Below are positions 34,316 to 37,068 of a DNA stretch of 37,068 bases, one piece after another. A model generated the notes under the pieces. It saw only the letters and a program-made list of their open reading frames with translations. It did no database searches and was not told the origin of the DNA. Numbering within the stretch: the stretch's first letter is position 1; each line of letters starts with the position of its first letter. The stretch spans positions 60,565,134 through 60,602,201 of the forward strand of contig NC_068985.1 of NCBI RefSeq assembly GCF_001194135.2, read 5' to 3'. The position numbers and the translations under genes were made by a program. Source of the DNA: Octopus bimaculoides (taxonomy: Eukaryota).

Positions 34316-34790
34316 ACAGTGTACATTTAAACACATCAGGAACATACATACATACACAGAGAAACAGACTTGAAGACATTGCCCCAACATGGCTGCTGTC
34401 TAATGACTGAAACATATAAAAAATAAAAGAATTATAACATCAGCACTAGAGAGGTAACCATATCTTTTTCAAGACCAATGGGACCACACAGCCCCCTCGT
34501 CTCTGCTCACTCACCAGTCTTTTTACAGAGTGAGAAGCATAAGTGATGGTGATGTGGGATATTTGATAGAAGCAGCCTAAGGTAGGTGTGTATATTCAAG
34601 GGAATGTGATTGAGATGGCAGGGAGACAACAGAAGAATAAGAATGATAGGAGAGGTTTAAAATGTGTGGGAGTAAAGGAAGAAGAATATGATGGCAAAGT
34701 GACATGGAGTAGTAACAAATAATACAGGAGAGGATGGAGAGAAGGAGTGGAATGGGCACAAGTGGTCTTGTGTAGCCATCTATATATGTG

Positions 34791-34826
<36 letters not shown>

Positions 34827-35106
34827 NNNNNNNNNNNNNNNNNNNNNNNNNNNNNNNNNNNNNNNNNNNNNNNNNNNNNNNNNNNNNNNNNNNNNNNNNN
34901 NNNNNNNNNNNNNNNNNNNNNNNNNNCACTTGCACATGTATATGAACAGATGTATGAATAAGTAAATAGAGCAATATATATAGGCTTCGAGATAGGATTC
35001 AGTGATGAAAGTGGTGGTAGGAAGAATAGAGAGTAGGTGCATCCTGTATCAGTAAATGGTATGAAAGAGTGTTGGTGACAGGGTCAGAGTAGGTGCGGTG
35101 GAATCC

Positions 35107-35338
35107 TTAACCCTTTAGTATTCAGATTATTCTGTCAAATGTAATGTTTATTTATTTATTCACATTGTGTAGAATTGATCAGGCATTATCTTGTAACTTT
35201 AAGATTTTTATGATGTGATTGTTTATTTTTAGAATGATGTTGTAAGTTAGGTGTGAGAGGCCAGATCTAGGCAGTTTGAACATAAAACGGGTAGATTATT
35301 TGGGTCAGATATGGCCAGTCTAAATGCTAAAGGGTTAA
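35107..35338. mobile_element. piggyBac-like MITE with TTAA target-site duplication
   Basis: TTAA|CCCTTTAGTATTCAGA ... TCTAAATGCTAAAGGG|TTAA; 224-bp core. Confidence 0.85.
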
Positions 35339-35759
35339 ATATATTGATAATAATGTATGGTGGGCAGAAGAGATCCACTGTCACCCTTAGAAGAGTTCCA
35401 TTGCTATTGGAAGCATGGTATAGTGGAAATTGATAATAGGAGTAAGCGATTGAGGGATGCACTATAGAGACATGCATGTGAAAAGTATGAGAGATAGAGC
35501 GCAAGAGGCATGGGTGACAATGATATGAGCAATGAACAGGTGAGTGGCAAGAATATGTGATGTGATGGATGGAAACAGAAGGGTGAGTATTTGTAGAGTG
35601 AATGTTAAGGGAATTATGAGGCTATCAAATATGATGTAGACCTAACTGTAAGCACACATATATACACACACACACACGCATGCACACACCCCTACATGCA
35701 CATCTATATATATATATGTCTAGTGATACATTCCTGGATATTTACAAATATACATAATT

Positions 35760-36560
35760 TTAGTGTCCATTTTGCTAAGCTTCTTTCTCACTATATGCCA
35801 CCAATCGACACAGTCTTTTGTCATTTCTTTTGTAGGGTATAAAAACTATAGAACTGCCTTCATCACTTCATCTCAAGTCTTCCTCGATCTCTCTTTTACA
35901 TGTTTCATTTAGTTTCAGCACACAGCGCTTATTTATACAGCTGTCCTTACCCATACATGTTCATACAAATACTGTCTTCTCCCTTGCACACTACATTTGA
36001 TCCTCTTATACCCAGTTTTTGTCCCAACTCATTTGTTTACTATCATTCATACACATTAGTATTACACATCTTGTGAAGGATGCTTGTTTTGCTTCTTTCT
36101 ACCCTTTGCAGATCCCTTGCATTCAAGGCCAATGTCTCACTCTCATGCAGCATCACACCTCATACACAAGATCATACAATCTGCCCTTTACTCTGAAGGA
36201 TAAACGTTTTGTTGCAAATGGAGATATCTCCCTGATCATTTTTCTGAGTTCTTATTCTGACCTCTGTATTCTCAAAACACCCATAATAAAGTCTCTTAGT
36301 TAAATGAAGCCATCAACTATTTCTATAGAACTGTCTGAGAGTTGAACAGAGTTTATTTTGCAGTCACATTTAGCAGTTGTGGATTCACCAATATAAAGTT
36401 TGATCCAATGCCTGAGCAGTTCTCTCTCAAAGTAGTCTCTTGCTCATTACTGGATGCCTGCTGCAAGTGAAGTTTATTTTCTGTTATCCCTGTGATCCCA
36501 CTTCATCTCTGGTGCATCCACAGTTTACACTGGGTGTTCCTACCTATTCCTTTTCTGCAT
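35760..36560 (-). pseudogene. old, heavily decayed RTE LINE RT fragment
   Basis: Minus-strand pieces CKLWMHQR.SGITG, DSSIEIVDGF, RVKGRLYDL..VMLHESETLAL and KLGIRG, in RTE order. Confidence 0.65.
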
Positions 36561-36723
36561 AGTTGACCCATGTAGTACTCACTTACATATGCACCCACTA
36601 ACACATTCACAAATTCCAGGAACTGCTTTGATTTAAACAAAAGAGCCATGTCATATTGTTAGTGATTGGTTGGAATTCTGTGAAGAACTTAAATAAAACA
36701 CACAGAAATGCATACATACATAC

Positions 36724-37068
36724 ATGTGGCGCACGGACCTTTACAGGAGGGAAGCGCTCAGCCAGCTTCACAATCCCCTCTTCTACCGCCTCCTCCCCTC
36801 CGACCCCACCCCCTCCTACCAACGGCTTGTGTCCTCCACAATCCATGACCTCATCTCCACCTCTGCTCTCCCCGCTACCGCCACCAACCTCATCGTCCGC
36901 ACACCTCGCACCTCCTCCATCTACTTCCTTCCCAAGATCCACAAACCTAACAACCCTGGCCGCCCCATTGTCTCTGCTTGCAATTGCCCCACCGAACTCA
37001 TTTCAAAATACCTCGACCATATCCTATCCCCGTTAGTTGCTGCCCTCCCATCCCACATACACGACACC
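36724..37068 (+). mobile_element. Penelope-like reverse transcriptase N-terminal region, running off the window end
   Basis: 115 open codons, absent from the ORF track because there is no stop: MWRTDLYRREALSQLHNPLFYRLLPSDPT...IYFLPKIHKPNNPGRPIVSACNCPTELISKYLDHILSPL. PKIHK-x4-GRPIVS and YLD-x2-L-x-P are PLE RT signatures. Confidence 0.9.

Larger units (their letters stand above)
17738..34926. other. six assembly gaps (17738-17930, 22204-22390, 26057-26941, 30629-31274, 32317-33134, 34827-34926)
   Basis: N runs, most bordered by (TA)n; about 2.8 kb is unreadable. Confidence 0.97.

Noticed and set aside
17682-35042. Long ORFs containing X runs (for example 25963-27041, 30407-31418, 32210-33175)
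   Set aside because: They are open only because N-gaps and (TA)n contain no stop codons.
36350-36480. Candidate downstream exon after tttattttgcAG
   Set aside because: It lies antisense within the decayed RTE RT fragment and hits a stop with no Ig or TM features.

Overview
AT-rich, intron-poor-in-genes eukaryotic DNA, rich in microsatellites and transposon debris, with six N-gaps, most of them bordered by (TA)n. The repeat repertoire looks cephalopod (Octopus-like); this is inference from recognised repeat styles, not a database match. The only host-gene piece I can support is one phase 1-1 exon (4127-4477, +) encoding a complete immunoglobulin domain. The rest is mobile-element material: RTE LINE 3' ends, a CR1/Jockey-group LINE fragment, several tRNA-derived SINE families, two mariner derivatives, piggyBac-like and Tc1/pogo-like MITEs, two Helitron/Helentron-like non-autonomous elements, and Penelope-like (PLE) RT and GIY-YIG fragments. 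The most notable signal is invisible to the ORF track: five hammerhead-ribozyme (HHR) motifs of the PLE type (palindromic helix III), each in a different sequence context. Three lie within 1.2 kb (24387-25544), and one appears to be the tail of a tRNA-headed SINE. All ORFs spanning N-runs are artefacts.
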